Origin: Mobula hypostoma
Taxonomy: Eukaryota
Assembly: GCF_963921235.1 (NCBI RefSeq)
Contig: NC_086109.1
Span: forward strand, 30,816,001 to 30,880,000
Length of the DNA stretch: 64,000 nt
Direction: 5' to 3'
In this document: positions 12,392 through 25,430 of the stretch, in pieces
How the letters are laid out: the number at the start of each line of letters is the position of its first letter
Numbering within the stretch: position 1 is the stretch's first letter
Notes under the pieces: model-generated
Told to the model about the DNA's origin: nothing
Database searches by the model: none
Seen by the model: only the letters and a program-made list of their open reading frames with translations
Program-made: the position numbers and the translations under genes

Positions 12392-15300
12392 ATAAGACCG
12401 TAGATATAGGAGAAGAATAAGGTTGATCGGCCCATCAAGTCATGGGTGATCCATTTTTCCTTTCAGCACCAATCTGCAACCTTCTCCTTGTATCCCTTCA
12501 TGCTCTGACCAATCAGGAATCCATCAGTCTCTGCCTTAAATATACATAAAGACTTGGCCTCTACAGATGCATGTGGCAATGAATTCCACAGATTCACTCT
12601 CTGGCTAAAGAAATTCCTCCTCATCTCCATTCTAGAAGGATGCTCCTCTATTCTGAGGCTGTGACCTCTGGTCCTAGACTCTCCCATGATAGGAAACATC
12701 CTCTCCGCATACATTTTATCAAGGCTTTCACCATTCGATAGGTTTCAATTATGCCACCCCTCACTCTTCAGAATTCTAGTGAATACAGGCCCAGGACAAT
12801 CAAAAGCATTTCATATGACAAGCCATTCAATTCTGGAATAATTTTCCTGAACCTCCGCTGAATCCCTTCAAGTTTCTGCAATCCTTTCTAAGATAAAGCG
12901 CCTAAAACCTCTCTCAATACTCCAAGTGTGGCCTCATTAGTGCTGTAAAAACCCTCCACATTACACCCTTGCTTCTATATTTTAGTCCTCTTGAAATAAA
13001 TGCTAACATTGCATTTGTCTTTCTCACCACAGACTCACCCTGAAATTAACATTTGGGGAACCCTGTACAAAGACTCCCAAGTCCCTTTGCATCTCAAAGT
13101 TTTGAATTTTCTTTCCATTTAGAAAATAGTCAACCCTTTCATTTCTTCTAGTAAAGCACATGGACATAACTTTCCAACACTATCCCATCTGACACTTCTT
13201 TGCCCATTCTCGTAATCTGTCAAAGTCCTTCTGTAGGCTCTCTACTTCCTCAAACTACCTGCCCCTCCACCTAGCTTTGTATCATCTGCCAACTTTGCAA
13301 CAAAGCCATCAATTCCATTATCCAAATCATTGACATATAGCGTAAAATGAATCGTCCCAACACTGGTCCCAATGGAACACCACTAGTCACAAGCAGCCAA
13401 CCAGAAAAGACTCCCGTCATTCCCATTCTTTGCTTCCTGTCAATCAGCCTCTGTCTTATCCATGCTAGAATCTTTCCTGTAATACCATGGACTCTTAACT
13501 TTATAAGCAGCCTTGTGTATGGCAGCTTGTCAAAAGCCTTCTGAAAATCCAATTGCACAACATCAACCAATTCTCCTTTGTTTATCCTGCTTGTTATTTC
13601 TTCAAATAATTCCGACAAATCTGTTAGGCTAAATTTTCCCTTAAGGAAACAATGATGACTATGGCTTATCTTAACATTTGCCTCCAAATACCCTGAAACC
13701 ACATCCATAACAATCAACTCCATCATCTTCTTAACCACCGATATCAGAGTTTCTTCTCTTTCTCTACCTTCTTGAAGAGTAGAGTGAAATTTATAATTTT
13801 CCAGTGTTCTGGAACCATTCCAGAATCTAGTGATTCTTGAAATATCATTGCTATTTATTCCACAATTTCTTCAGCCACTTCTTTCAGAACCCTGGACTTA
13901 TCCATCTTCAGGCCTTTCAGTTTCCCAAGAACCATCTCCCTAGTATTGGCAACTTCACACACTTCTGACCCCTGACACTCTGAAACTTCTACCATACTGC
14001 TAGGGTCTTCCACAGTGAAGATGGATGCAAAATACTTATTAAGTTTAACCGTCATTTCCTTGTTCCCCCATTACTACCTCTCCAGCATAATTTTCCAGCA
14101 GTCCGATATCCCCTCTTGCCTCTCTTGTATATGAAGAAGATTTTGGTATCCATTTCAATATTATTGGCTAGCATACTTTTGTATTCTGTTTTTTCCTTAA
14201 TGACTTTTTCACTTGCCTTCTGTTTATTTTTATAAGCTTCCCAATCCTTTAACTTCCCACTAATTTTTGCTCTACTTTATGCCCTCTCTATGGCTTTTAT
14301 ATTGGCTTTAATTTCTCTTGTTACTCATGGTTGTGTCATCTTGCCTTTAGAATACTACTTCCTCTTTGGGATGTATATATTCTGTGCCTTCCAAATTGCT
14401 TCCAGAAATTCCAGCCATTACTGCTCTGCCATTAACCCTGCCAATGTTCTTTTCTAATCAATTCTAACCAACTCCTCTCTCATGCCTCTGTTATTCCTTT
14501 TGCTCCACTGTAATACTGATACTTCTGACTTTAGCTTTTCCTTCTCAAATTTCAGGGTGAATTTGAGCATATTATGATCACTTTCCCCTAAGGGTTCTTT
14601 TACCTTAAGTTCTCTAATCAATTCTGGTTCATTACACAAAATCCAATCGAGAATAGTGGGCTCAACCATGAGCTACTCTAAAAAAGCTATCTCACTGGTA
14701 TTCTAGAAATTCCCCCTCTGGGGATTCAGCACCAAGCTGATTTTCCTAATCTAACTGCACATTGAAATTTCCCATGCCTATTGTAACATTGCTCTTTTGC
14801 CATGCATTTTCTATCTCTCGTTGTAACATGTAGACCAAATCCTACTATTTGAGGTCTATATACATTTCCCAGCAGGGTCTTTTACCTTTGCAGTTCTACC
14901 CAAGTTATTCAACAGTTTCCAACCCTATGTCACCTCCTTGCTACTGATTTGATTTCATTTTTTAACCAACAGAGCCACAGCACCCCCTTTGCCTTCCCAC
15001 CTGTCCTTTTGATATAATGTGTATCCTTGGGTGTTATTCTTCTATTTATAAACTTCTTTCAGCTATGATTCAGTGATGCCTACAACATCATACATGTCAA
15101 TCTGTAACAGTGCTACAAATTCACCTCTCTTATTCTGTAAACTATACACATTCAAATATAACATCTTCAGTCCTGTATCCACCCTTTTCGATTTTGTCTG
15201 CTTTTTATATTGCAACTCAACCTGCTTGTCAGGAGTCTCACTACACATTACCTTTGTTTGTAAACCAACTTCCTCATCCTCAGCACTATCACTCCAGTTC

Positions 15301-15500
15301 TCACCCCCCCCCACCCCCGCCAAATTAGTTTAAACCCTCCTGAACAGATTAAGCAAACCTACCTGCAAGGATATTGGACCCCCTCAGGTTCAGGTGCACC
15401 CATCTCTTTTGTATAGGTCATACCTTCCCCAGAGGAGATCCCAATGACCAATAAAGCTGAATCCCTGCCCCACCCCACCAGTTCCTCAGCCACGCATTTA
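12392..15500 (-). mobile_element. Long decayed CR1 LINE (ORF1 end, endonuclease, RT, 3' end)
   Basis: Endonuclease LYLNVYSLQNK..YDVVGITES (15063-15323), TILDWILCN..PLGESDHN (14454-14669), RT DFQKAFDKLP and SGVPLGPVLG (13271-13738), 3' RTRGHSLRI..FFSQRVNLWNSLP (12463-12714). Confidence 0.92.
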
Positions 15501-15604
15501 GTAAATTACGATGCTCATGCATTTGAAACTGGCTTCCTTTAAAGTTGTGACCAGGCCCAGCCAAATTTAAAGCACCAATCATTGATTACAGCTACTTCAT
15601 TATA

Positions 15605-16345
15605 TATTAGATCATACTTTGAGTATTGTGTGTGGTTCTACTCCCCTGCTATAGTTGTGATAGTATTAAGCTGGAAGGGGTGCGGAAATGATTCATGAGG
15701 TGGTTACCAGGACTGGAGCATTGAGGCTTCAGGAGAAACATATTAGGTTGGGACTTTTCACCTTCCCATTCAGATATTTCCTGTAACCACAGGAAACAGT
15801 TGAGGCCAGTTCATTGGTTATATTTAAGAGGGAGTTAGATATGGCCCTTGTGGCTAAAGGGATCAGGGGGTATGGAGAGAAGGCAGGTACAGGGTTCTGA
15901 GTTGGATGATCAGTCATGATCGTACTGAATGGCGGTGCAGGATCGAAGGGCCAAATGGCCTACTCCTGCACCTATTTTCTAAGTTTCTATATGTCAGTTA
16001 AATTATAAGGGGCATAGATAAGGTGAATGGTCAAGGTCATTTTCCTAAGATAAGGAAATCTAAACTAGATTTAAGGTGAGAGGGGAAAAGATTTAAAAGG
16101 AATCCAAGAGGCAAGTTTTTCACACACAGAATGGTGCGTATATAGAACCAGCTGCCAGAGGAAGCTGTAGATGAGATTACAATGCTAAGATGAATACATA
16201 AATAGGTACATGAATAGGAAATCTTTAGAGAGAGATGGGCCACAAAGAGGCAAATGACACTAGCTGAGGAGGATAATAACTTGGTTGGCATATATGAGCT
16301 GGGCTGACAGGCCAGATACAATGCTGTTTAGCATTGATTCTCTAA
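15605..16345 (+). mobile_element. CR1 3' fragments (younger 3' end ~15790-15995 inside an older copy)
   Basis: EYCVWF-like motif at ~15620; CR1 3'UTR GGGCCAAATGGCCTACTCCTGCACCTATTTTCT at ~15950-15990. Confidence 0.7.
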
Positions 16346-16914
16346 AAGAAATGGTAAGATATGAATTACTATTTTTGACATAAGTATTATTTTCAACATT
16401 ACTCATGGCAAAATATTACTCTTGGATATTAAGGAACATTTATCTATGCAAAATATTGCTTAATGAATCCCTTTATTACTTTTGAGAAGCCTTCTTTAGT
16501 ACAGCTGCAAATAAGGCAGTTAAGATTCAAATATTCAACTTAAGCCATAACTCTTGTGAAGACTATATGACTTGCAATAACGTTAGACTGCTTGTTCTGG
16601 AGCTAGGATGGACTATTTTAATCAGGGCAATTTTTCTGAAATTGATTGTGCTAGCACAATGGATAAAACTATTTAAAATAAACTTTCAGTAATACTTCAG
16701 TTTGATTGTGGATGGTGAACTTTCCCACATTCCATTCATGTACCACCACCAACCAAACAAATTAATCACAATGTTAGTTTATGCTGACTGAATTTATTAG
16801 GTATTTTAAGAAAACTGTTAATTAAATTTTATTCTAGATATAGGGTTTCCACTGAGCACATTTGTAAAGTTAATTGACATGATCACTTTACATTAGGTGA
16901 CTTTGTTTTCATGT

Positions 16915-17030
16915 TAGTGCTCTGCTGTCCAGCTTGAGAATCCTGGGTTTGATCTGGATATTGTGTATTGTTAATGTGGAGTTTGTATGTTCTACCTGTG
17001 ATCACAAGGTTTTTGTTTTTTCCTGGATAA
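16915..17030 (+). mobile_element. Partial V-SINE (HE1-like)
   Basis: CCTGGGTTTGATC B-box-like motif followed by V-domain-like TGTGGAGTTTGTATGTTCT. Confidence 0.5.
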
Positions 17031-17031
17031 T

Positions 17032-18820
17032 CGTAAGATATAAAAGGAGAATTAGGCCGTTCAGCCCATTGCGTCTGCTGCACCATGTGGTCATGGCTGA
17101 TTTTTGTTCAACTTTATTTTCTTGCATTCTCCTGGTAACATTTAACTCCCTTACCAAGCAAGAATCCATTAATCTCTGCTTTAAATACACCCGGTGATGT
17201 GGTCTCCACAGATTCACTACCTACTGGTTGAAGAAATTCCTTTTCATCTCAATTTTAAATTATTAAATTTCTTTCCATCCTGTTGGCCTGGTGCTGTGCC
17301 CTCAGTTCCTAATAATAAGCATCCGTTACTCTCGTGAGACCATGGATTTGTGACTTAGAAGGTTTCCAGGGCGCGGGCCTGGGCAAGGTTGTATGGAAGA
17401 CCGGAAGATCGGCAGTTGCCCATGCTGCAAGTCTCCCCCTCCACGCCACCGGCGTTGTCCAAGGGAAGGGCACTAGGGCCGATACAGCTTGGCACTTGTC
17501 GTCGTAGAGCAATGTTTGGTTAAGTTCCTTGCTCAAGGACACAACACGCTGCCTCAGCTGAGGCTGGAACTAGCGACCTTCAGATCACTAGACTGACGCC
17601 TTAACCACTTGGCCACGCGCCAACAAATCCTAGGCTCCTACCATTTGAAACATCCTCTCCATGCCTTCTCTATCTAGGCCTTTTTGTATCTGGCAAAATT
17701 CAATTGGATTCCCCCTCATCCTTTTGAACTCCACCAAGTACAGGCCCAGAGATATCAAGTGTTCCTCATTCCTCATTCATATCAATGTTAAGCCTTTCAT
17801 TCCTAGGATTATTTTTGTGAACCTCTTCTGGACCCTGTCCAGGACCTGCACATCCTTCCTTAGGTATAAAGCCCAAAATTGCTGACAATACTCCCACTGT
17901 AGTCTGACCAACGCTATATAAAGTCTAAACAGTGCATCCTTGCATTTCTATTCTAGCCCACTCAAAATGAATGCTAACATTACATTTGTTTTCATTACTA
18001 TGAACTCAACCTGGAAGTTAACCTGGAGGGAACTCTTAACTTGAAAACTCAAGCCACTTTGCATCTCTGATTTCAAAATGTTTCCCTCATTTAGAGAATA
18101 GTGCACACCTTTATCCTCCTATCCAAAGTGCATAACCTCATCCTTCCCTAAGTTGCATTCATTTGCCACTTCTCACCCAACCTGCCCAAGTCCTTTAGCT
18201 GAATCCCTGCCTCTGTGACACTACCTGTTCCTCCATTTGTATTGTTACCATTTTCAAATCGATCTTCATCAATTCCTTCCTCTATATCATTATTGTATAA
18301 AGTGAAAAGCTTCAGTCTGAACACTGATCTCCATGAGTCACTAGCAACCATCCTGAAAGGGAGCCCTTTATCCCCACACTCCAATTTCTGCCAGTCATCC
18401 AGTCTTCAGTGCATGTTGGTACCTCTCCTCTAATACCATGGTTCTTATCTTGTTAAGCAGCTCCTTGTCTGCACCTTGTCAAAGGACTTCTGAAAATCTA
18501 AATAAATAACATCCACTGATTCTACTTTGTCTAATCTGCTTGTGGGTTCCTCAAATAATTCCAACAGATTTGTAAGGCAAGATATCCCCTTAAAACTGTG
18601 CCAAAGTTGTCCTATTTTAAAATATTTCCAGGTACTCTGAATTTTCATCATGAATAATGGACTATATATTCTTAACCATCAAGGTCAGGCTAACTAGCCT
18701 ACAATTTCCTGTCTTTTTCCTTTCTCTCTTTTAAAATAATGGTGTCACGTTTATGTTTTTCCAGTTCTCTGGAGTCCTCTCTGACTCCAGTGATTCCTGA
18801 AAGATTACCATTAATACCTC
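17032..18820 (-). mobile_element. Decayed CR1 LINE with internal deletions, interrupted by a SINE
   Basis: ORF 18445-18651 SCLTNLLELFEE..VDVIYLDFQKSFDKV; CR1 3' end at ~17035-17200. Confidence 0.85.
17311..17624 (-). mobile_element. tRNA-derived SINE (copy 2), CpG-rich, inside CR1
   Basis: Same A/B-box head and body as 3412-3713; short (TTA)n-type tail at 17311. Confidence 0.88.
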
Positions 18821-19044
18821 CATAATCCTTGGCTTCTGCCCACATCTTGGACTACAGTATATTGTGTTCTGTGTAGATGGGGGTGGGGTGGGTGAATTAA
18901 GGCGGAATTGATGGTCATGTGCACGAATTGCTACTGGAAAATAAGTGAGGGAATGTGACTAATGAGATTGCAGTGAGAGCTGGCTTAGACTTGATGGGCC
19001 AAATGGCCTCTTGGCATGTGTAAGAATACCGTATATGAGAAATA

Positions 19045-19571
19045 CACTCAGTGGTGACTTTATTAATAACATCTGCTTGTCAATGCAAAATATAATCAAA
19101 TCATGTGGCAGCAATTCAATGCATAAAAACATGCAGACATGGTCAAGAAATTCGGTTGCTGTTTAGACCAAACATCAAAATGAGGAAGAAATTTGACCTA
19201 AGTAACTGACCATGGAATGACTACTGATGCCAGACAGATTAAGGTTTGTGCAACATGCTGAAGGAACTCAGCAGGTCGGGCAGCATCCGTGGAAACGGTC
19301 AGTCAATGTTTCGGGCCCCAACCCTTCCCGAAACGTTGACTGATCGTTTCCACGGATGCTGCCCGACCTGCTGAGTTCCTCCAGCGTGTTGTGAGTGTTG
19401 CTTTGACCCCAGCATCTGCAGATTATTTTGTGTTTAAGATTGAGGTATGTATCTTAGAAACTGCTGATTTCCTAGGATTTTCACGCGCAACAGTTTCTTG
19501 AGCTAACAGAGAATGGTGGGGAAAAACAAAAAAAATTCTTATGAGTGGCAGTTCTGTGGTCAAAAACGCTT
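19045..19571 (+). mobile_element. Tc1-like element, left part only
   Basis: TA|CACTCAGTGGTGACTTTATT left TIR; collinear with 8960-9270; transposase remnant MRKKFDLS..ETADFLGFSR. Confidence 0.75.
19250..19436. mobile_element. PLE-derived fold-back insertion with ~14-bp TSD
   Basis: 65-bp inverted arms 19251-19315 and 19327-19391 (61/65 by my count); flanks AGATTAAGGTTTGT (19236-19249) and AGATTGAGGTATGT (19437-19450). Confidence 0.8.
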
Positions 19572-19651
19572 TGTAACCCGGGTTAGTTAAACCCAATATA
19601 TAACGTTAGAAAGTTCCACCTGTGGAGTAACAAGTCTAAGATGAAGGAACA

Positions 19652-20360
19652 CATACCAATCCTCAGAGGGGTCAGAAGTGGAGCAATTACAACTTCCTGG
19701 GTGTCAAGATCTCTGAGGATCTAACCCAGTCCCAACATATTGATGTGGTTATAAACAAGCCAAGACAGTAGCTATATTTTATTAGGAGTTTGAAGAGGTT
19801 TGGCATGTCAACAAATACACTCAAAAACTCGCGGAGAGCATACTAACAGGCTGCATCACTGTCTGGTATGGAGGGGCTATTACATAGGATCGAAAGAAGC
19901 TGCAGCTTCTTGTAAACCTAGTCAGCTCCATTTTGGGTCTCAGAAAGGCATCATCCATTATTAAGTACCTCCAGCACCCAGGGCATGCCCTTTTTTCAAT
20001 ATTGGCATGCCCTTTTTTCAATGTTACCATCCCGTAGGAGGTATAGAAACCTGAAGGCACACACTCAGTGATTCAGGAACAGCTTCTTCCCCTCTGCTAT
20101 CCGATACCGAAATGGACATTGAATCTTTCGACACTACCTCACTTTTTTAATATACGGTATTTCTGTTTTTGCACCTTTAAAAGAAATCTATTCAGTATAC
20201 CTATACTGTAATTGATTTCCTTCTTTATTTCTTCTTTATTTTATCTTTATTATTATTGTTTTTAATTCTCTGCTAGATTATGTATTGCATTGAACTGACG
20301 CTGGTAAGATAACAAATTTCACATCACATGCCGGTGATGATAAACCCGATTCTGATTCTG
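19652..20360 (+). mobile_element. Rex1/Babar-type LINE 3' fragment
   Basis: FLGVKISEDL, KPRQxLYFIRSLKRFG, ESILTGCITVWYG and RFRNSFFP-like motifs; tail (GATTCT)n at ~20348-20360. Confidence 0.85.
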
Positions 20361-21784
20361 GAGGGCTGAAAAGGAGGCGTGGCTGATGCAGGCACAGACA
20401 AGTGATCAGAAGTGCAGCAAACTATTAAAAACTAAGGATGTAAACTGTTAAAAGTGGAATTACAAATGAGTATCTCCACCCTACTCGAAAACCTCAGGGT
20501 GAAACCCCTGGAGGAGACACGACGTAAAATATTTATTGAGGCCACGGCTACATACAGCAGCTGAAATGAGACAGTATCGGGAGAGACCAATATCCAAGAT
20601 CTCTACCGTGTAATCGGGAATTAGTTCTGTTAAGTTACTCCAAGGAATTTGGTCAGTTTTTAAAAAATACGCTTTGTGAATTGACTTTCCATGGATGGCC
20701 AACTATTTCATCCAACAAACCAAGAAACAAGATGGCGAGCCACTCAAGATCAAAGAACCAGCGCGGGTACAAAATGTTTCAAGATGTAGATGATTGGTTG
20801 GATGTATAAATCTATTTTTCACCCGAGGGATCTGAATTTGATTTTCTACAAGAACTGATTATTTTTGCAAAGACTTTGATAAGGTACAGAATGAAATTTA
20901 CTTTGTTTAAAAGTTGTGACATAGGACAATTGTCATGAAAGGCGTAAAGCTGCATGCATTTTTTTTGGTTTTGAATTTATAGACATACTGATCTGAATTG
21001 AAACTGAAGTTAACCGTAATACTTAAGAATAGGAATTCAATTATAGATAAATAACAAGGCAAATGTTAGTTTATAAACCTCTAGATCTAATTAGTTAGAG
21101 AAAGTGGAGTAATAAAGGTTATTCAAATGAATCTCAGATTTCTAACTAAACTGGTGTTAGGTTTTTGTTTGATATGAGATTGGGAACCTATGGCAGAATG
21201 TTGGAATTTTGAATTGTTCTTATTCATGTAAATATTTTGTATTCATTGCTACTTTCATAAACTTGACTCCAGAAGTGTGTGTTTTCTATTTATTGCCTCC
21301 TTTCAATACCTAGAGTTTCTGATAGCCCACTAGAAATAAGATTGAAATGCTTACACTTTTCTCATAGTGTTTCTTGGCTGCATTTATAAAACTACAGCAG
21401 GTTGCATCAAGGAATATCTTGTAAAATGAGAGAATATTTTAAAATAGTCTTTCTCTTTGATCAGGTTAGACTTCAATAATATGCAATAAACCTTTTGAAG
21501 ACTCTTGAGCAAAAAAAATGAAGCTAGTGAGATTTTCAGTTTAATTTTTACTCCCCTAAATATTAATAAATTAGATTTCAGTGAACTTGCAGTTTATCAG
21601 ATTTTGTAATATATTACTTGGCTATCATAGGTATCAAATTGTTTCCAACGGAGCAGTAATTTGGTGATCAATGCCAAGTGTAGTGTGGCATTGACAAACA
21701 TTGAGGAGCTTTTTAAACAAAACAATTAAAAGATGGTTAAAATAAAAGTTGCTCTATTTATACCTCTAATACATTTGGTGATGT

Positions 21785-22352
21785 TGCTGGCCTCCATCGG
21801 TCAGAGTTAACCATGTCTTAGCTGTCTAGGTACACAAGCCTGGGCAGTATGATATGTAGATCAAGCTGTTACCCATGTAGCAAGCTTCCCTACTCCACGC
21901 ATCTGATGAACCCAAAGGAACGGCAGAGACGATACCGTTTGGTACCAGAAGTGTTGCAGGAGTTGCCAGTCAGCATTAAACTCAATGTAGGACAGCCTTA
22001 AGGACTCCAGCTCCAGATTTTTCCCTTGGGGTTTACTCCTGAAGACTTTCCCATGAGTGGGTGTAGCCGCAAGGCAGCGGAGGTTTGGGATCAGTTTTCC
22101 TTCTAGATGAGCTGCCAACCACAGTTGACGAGCCCCATCTGCCTGAAGCGACTAATATTAAGACGCCAGTAATCCGCCTTTTCCCTTTCTCCTGTCAGTA
22201 GAAACAGTTCCAACAGGATTGGAATCTAAACCACACATGAACACCAGGAGCTTGACCTGATCGTCAGAGGCTATTTGAATCACACACCATTGTGAGCTTT
22301 TAATAGGTAGTGGGAGCTTATCTCCATTACCACCCTCTGATATAACAACCTT
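21785..22352 (-). mobile_element. Non-autonomous element with RTE-LINE-like 5' region (copy 2, longer)
   Basis: Homologous to 935-1356; minus strand GGCAGATGGGGCTCGTCAACTGTGGTTGGCAGCTCATCTAGAAGGAAAACT resembles RTE 5'UTR sequence. Confidence 0.6.
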
Positions 22353-25059
22353 GTAGTATATGTTGTATAATATTAGTGTGACAGATTTAGTTAATGGTAG
22401 TTGTGAATGTGGATGCAAAGTCATATTGAGAATCACCAATATTAATTAAATCAATACTAAAAATTGACTCATATATCCCCCTCTCTCAGCAACATCTCTC
22501 CAATTAAAATGAATGGTATCAGTGGAACAGTTCTCAGGTATAACAGATCAAGTATCCACACATATGAATATGGGATTTTCAAACTTCTAAGCAACTTTGA
22601 AGTAAAGTTTACAGAAGTCAATGAAGCATAAACTTCAGTGATACCGCACACCCCCCCCCCCAACTATCCCTACCACAATTTTTTTTCATGACTTGTGATT
22701 TTGGTTGAATTTCATTCATTCCTTAATGAAGTCCCTTAACTAGACAAAATCTCTCTCCCAAAGTATTCTGTATAACAGCTTTCTTTGTTGATGACATGTT
22801 TTGGTGCAGGTGGGCTTTTTTTTGCTGTGTCTTTAGAAGTTTTTCCTCTTGCTTCCCATTCCAAAAAAAAAAGAACAAAATTCTTCTTGTGTAATATTGA
22901 GTAATCTCTCTGAAGACCTACACAATTTAATAATTTGCTTACCTTTAACTAAGCCACCATTCATAGCCATGCCTTCCCCTGCCAAAATTTTAAGCTTTGA
23001 AAATTGTTTAAATTACTGTCTTGTTACTTTTGACATGTTTCTTAAAATATTTTAATTTGATCTAACCTCTGATTATTTAGCCTGAAGTTTCTTTTCCTGT
23101 ATTAGGCTATGTGTAGTACTGTTATAAAATGGGGCATTCAAGGCAATGTTTAATGAGTTTTCCACAATAAACTAAGGGAAGCAACTTCACATTAGTTTGA
23201 GGTAAACAAGAAGTTAAAAGTTTAGACGCTAAAACATTTTTAATCTTCAGAATGTCTCCACAACAGGCATCTATATTGTCGATTTTAATGTTGGCTGCAA
23301 AAAGTGTGATTGAAATTGATTTTGGTTAAGATAAGGCAACTAAAGCCAAAGTATTTTATAAACCTGATTCTTATTCCTGAATGATTTAAACATATGAAAT
23401 TTTGTAATTAAATTGAAAATGTGAACAATTATGGAAATTTGTTAACCAATATCTCAGACTTGCATTACAACTTCACACTAATTAAAGCTTGTTTTTCTCC
23501 AGAATGTTTGAAACAGATTGCACCTAAGTTATTCTATCTTAGTTTGTTTCTAAAAGCACTTTTATAAGAATAATTTTGGAATAAATGTTGTTATTTCCAT
23601 TGGAATATAAATATCTTCCCAATGTTCAAATTGACATCAGTATAATTAAACTTGATTTTTTTTCTTTCTGATGCTGCTAGATATTCATTGCTTAACAGTT
23701 GTGTAAGCTTTCAACTAGGCCTTTGTAGATTAATATAGTAAATGTACAAAACATCAAACTAGGGATCTTTAGATTAGCTTGGGCATAGTTCAGTGATGAG
23801 ACCTTTAAGATAATATGTTAAATTGATGAAATATTAAAATTTCCCTTAACAAATGAACTATTAGAGCAAGTTCTTCTATCCAGTGTGCACAGTCCTTATG
23901 ATTCTTTTAAAATACTAATTCATAATTGTAATCAGCGACACCAGTTCCTCATGGTCTGATTAATCCTTTATCTCTTTAGCGGTACTGTAATTGTATTGAT
24001 AAGGAAGTAATGGAGCACCGGTTTCTGACAGCATGCGTGAAAATAATTGCATTACTGTAAAATTGGTTTAGTAAGTTGCATTCCACCAATTATTCAATGT
24101 GCTTACCCAAAAAAGTACTTGGCAATAAATTATAATGTTCAGCCTGGCATCTGGATAGAGTACGACATTGGTTGTACTTTTATTTTCCACTTTATTAAGC
24201 CACCATGATGAAGCATGAAGTCCAGGTATCACTAATGTTACACACAATGAAAGATGAAATGAAGAAAAGCAAGAAGCTAAGATAAACTAATAGCAAGCTT
24301 GAAGTTTAAAGCCTGAGGATTTGAGCAAGAAATCACGGCTGAAGCAAATAGATTTTTTGAATTTGAAACCTTGGGCAGGATTGCATTGTTGGAACCACTT
24401 GCAGTGATCCTGATTTTTAACAGGAATTTATACTTAAGTAATTTATTGAGTTATTTTTTTTTCTGCCTCTGATCTTCTAAAAAAGTGAATCTAATCCTCG
24501 TCTTTTGCCACTGCATACTCAGGAGTCCGTCAAAACAGGATCCTTTGAATCCTGGATCATGAATGTCATTACCTACTCTGTCAACGTGACCTTCTTTTCA
24601 TCATGATAAAAATGGGTATTATTTGCTTAGTGTTCTGATCACTTTACTATCCCTTTAAATAATGATGCAAAATCTGTCCGGAGAAGATGGAGCCAGGTCT
24701 TCCTGCAAAGGGTTATGAATACCTGGAATTCTTTATCCCAGAGAACAGTTTGAATTTGATGCAAAGTTAAGATGTTTTTTTTTTTGTTTTATAAAAGAAT
24801 CCAGGTTTATAGGGATCAGGAAATGAAGTGGAATTGTGGTAAAATCAGATTATGATCTTATTTAATAGCAGGTTAGGCCCATGGAAGTGTGTGTCCTCTC
24901 CTATTCTTGTGTTATAATGTTCAGCGTGCCAAATGGGCCACAGCATTAATGTTGTATGAGTCCCGGGTGTTCAACATCTCCAGCATGTGAGATTTGGACC
25001 TTTAGCATTATCCATTGGTAACACCCGCCCCCCCCCCCCCCCCCAGGCGAGTGTTGGGA

Positions 25060-25430
25060 CCAGATGAGAGGGTTGGGCTGATTTCACTTGCTTTTCTATG
25101 ATGTTCGTTCCTCTCTCCGGCGGCTGTTGTCCCTGTGAGTTTCATGGCATATTTGCCCTGCTAATATGATGAACTGAGATAGAGGCTTTGGCCTACTCCA
25201 GCTGCTTCAGGGAGTGGATCTAAAGACTCAATTTGGTTCAGAAGGCTGTCGTTTGCTTCTATTGTTTGCGTGATGTGCATTTCTATCCACTACCTCTGTA
25301 CAGTGGTTATAGTCTTTTTTTAAAATTTGGTTCTGTGACTTTCTTGCTTTGTGGCTGACTATAAGCAAACAAATCTCAAGGTGTATAAATTATACATTCT
25401 TTGATCGTGTACTTTGAATCTTTGAATCAA
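25060..25430 (+). repeat. Interspersed repeat, probable non-LTR 3' end; related copy at ~44565-45283
   Basis: Both copies share TATTGTTTGC..TTGTGGCTG..TCTCAAG..ATACAT..GTACTTyGAA tails. Confidence 0.5.

Noticed and set aside
21902..21935. CTGATGA as a hammerhead core in the RTE-like element
   Set aside because: No properly placed GAAA or closing stems.
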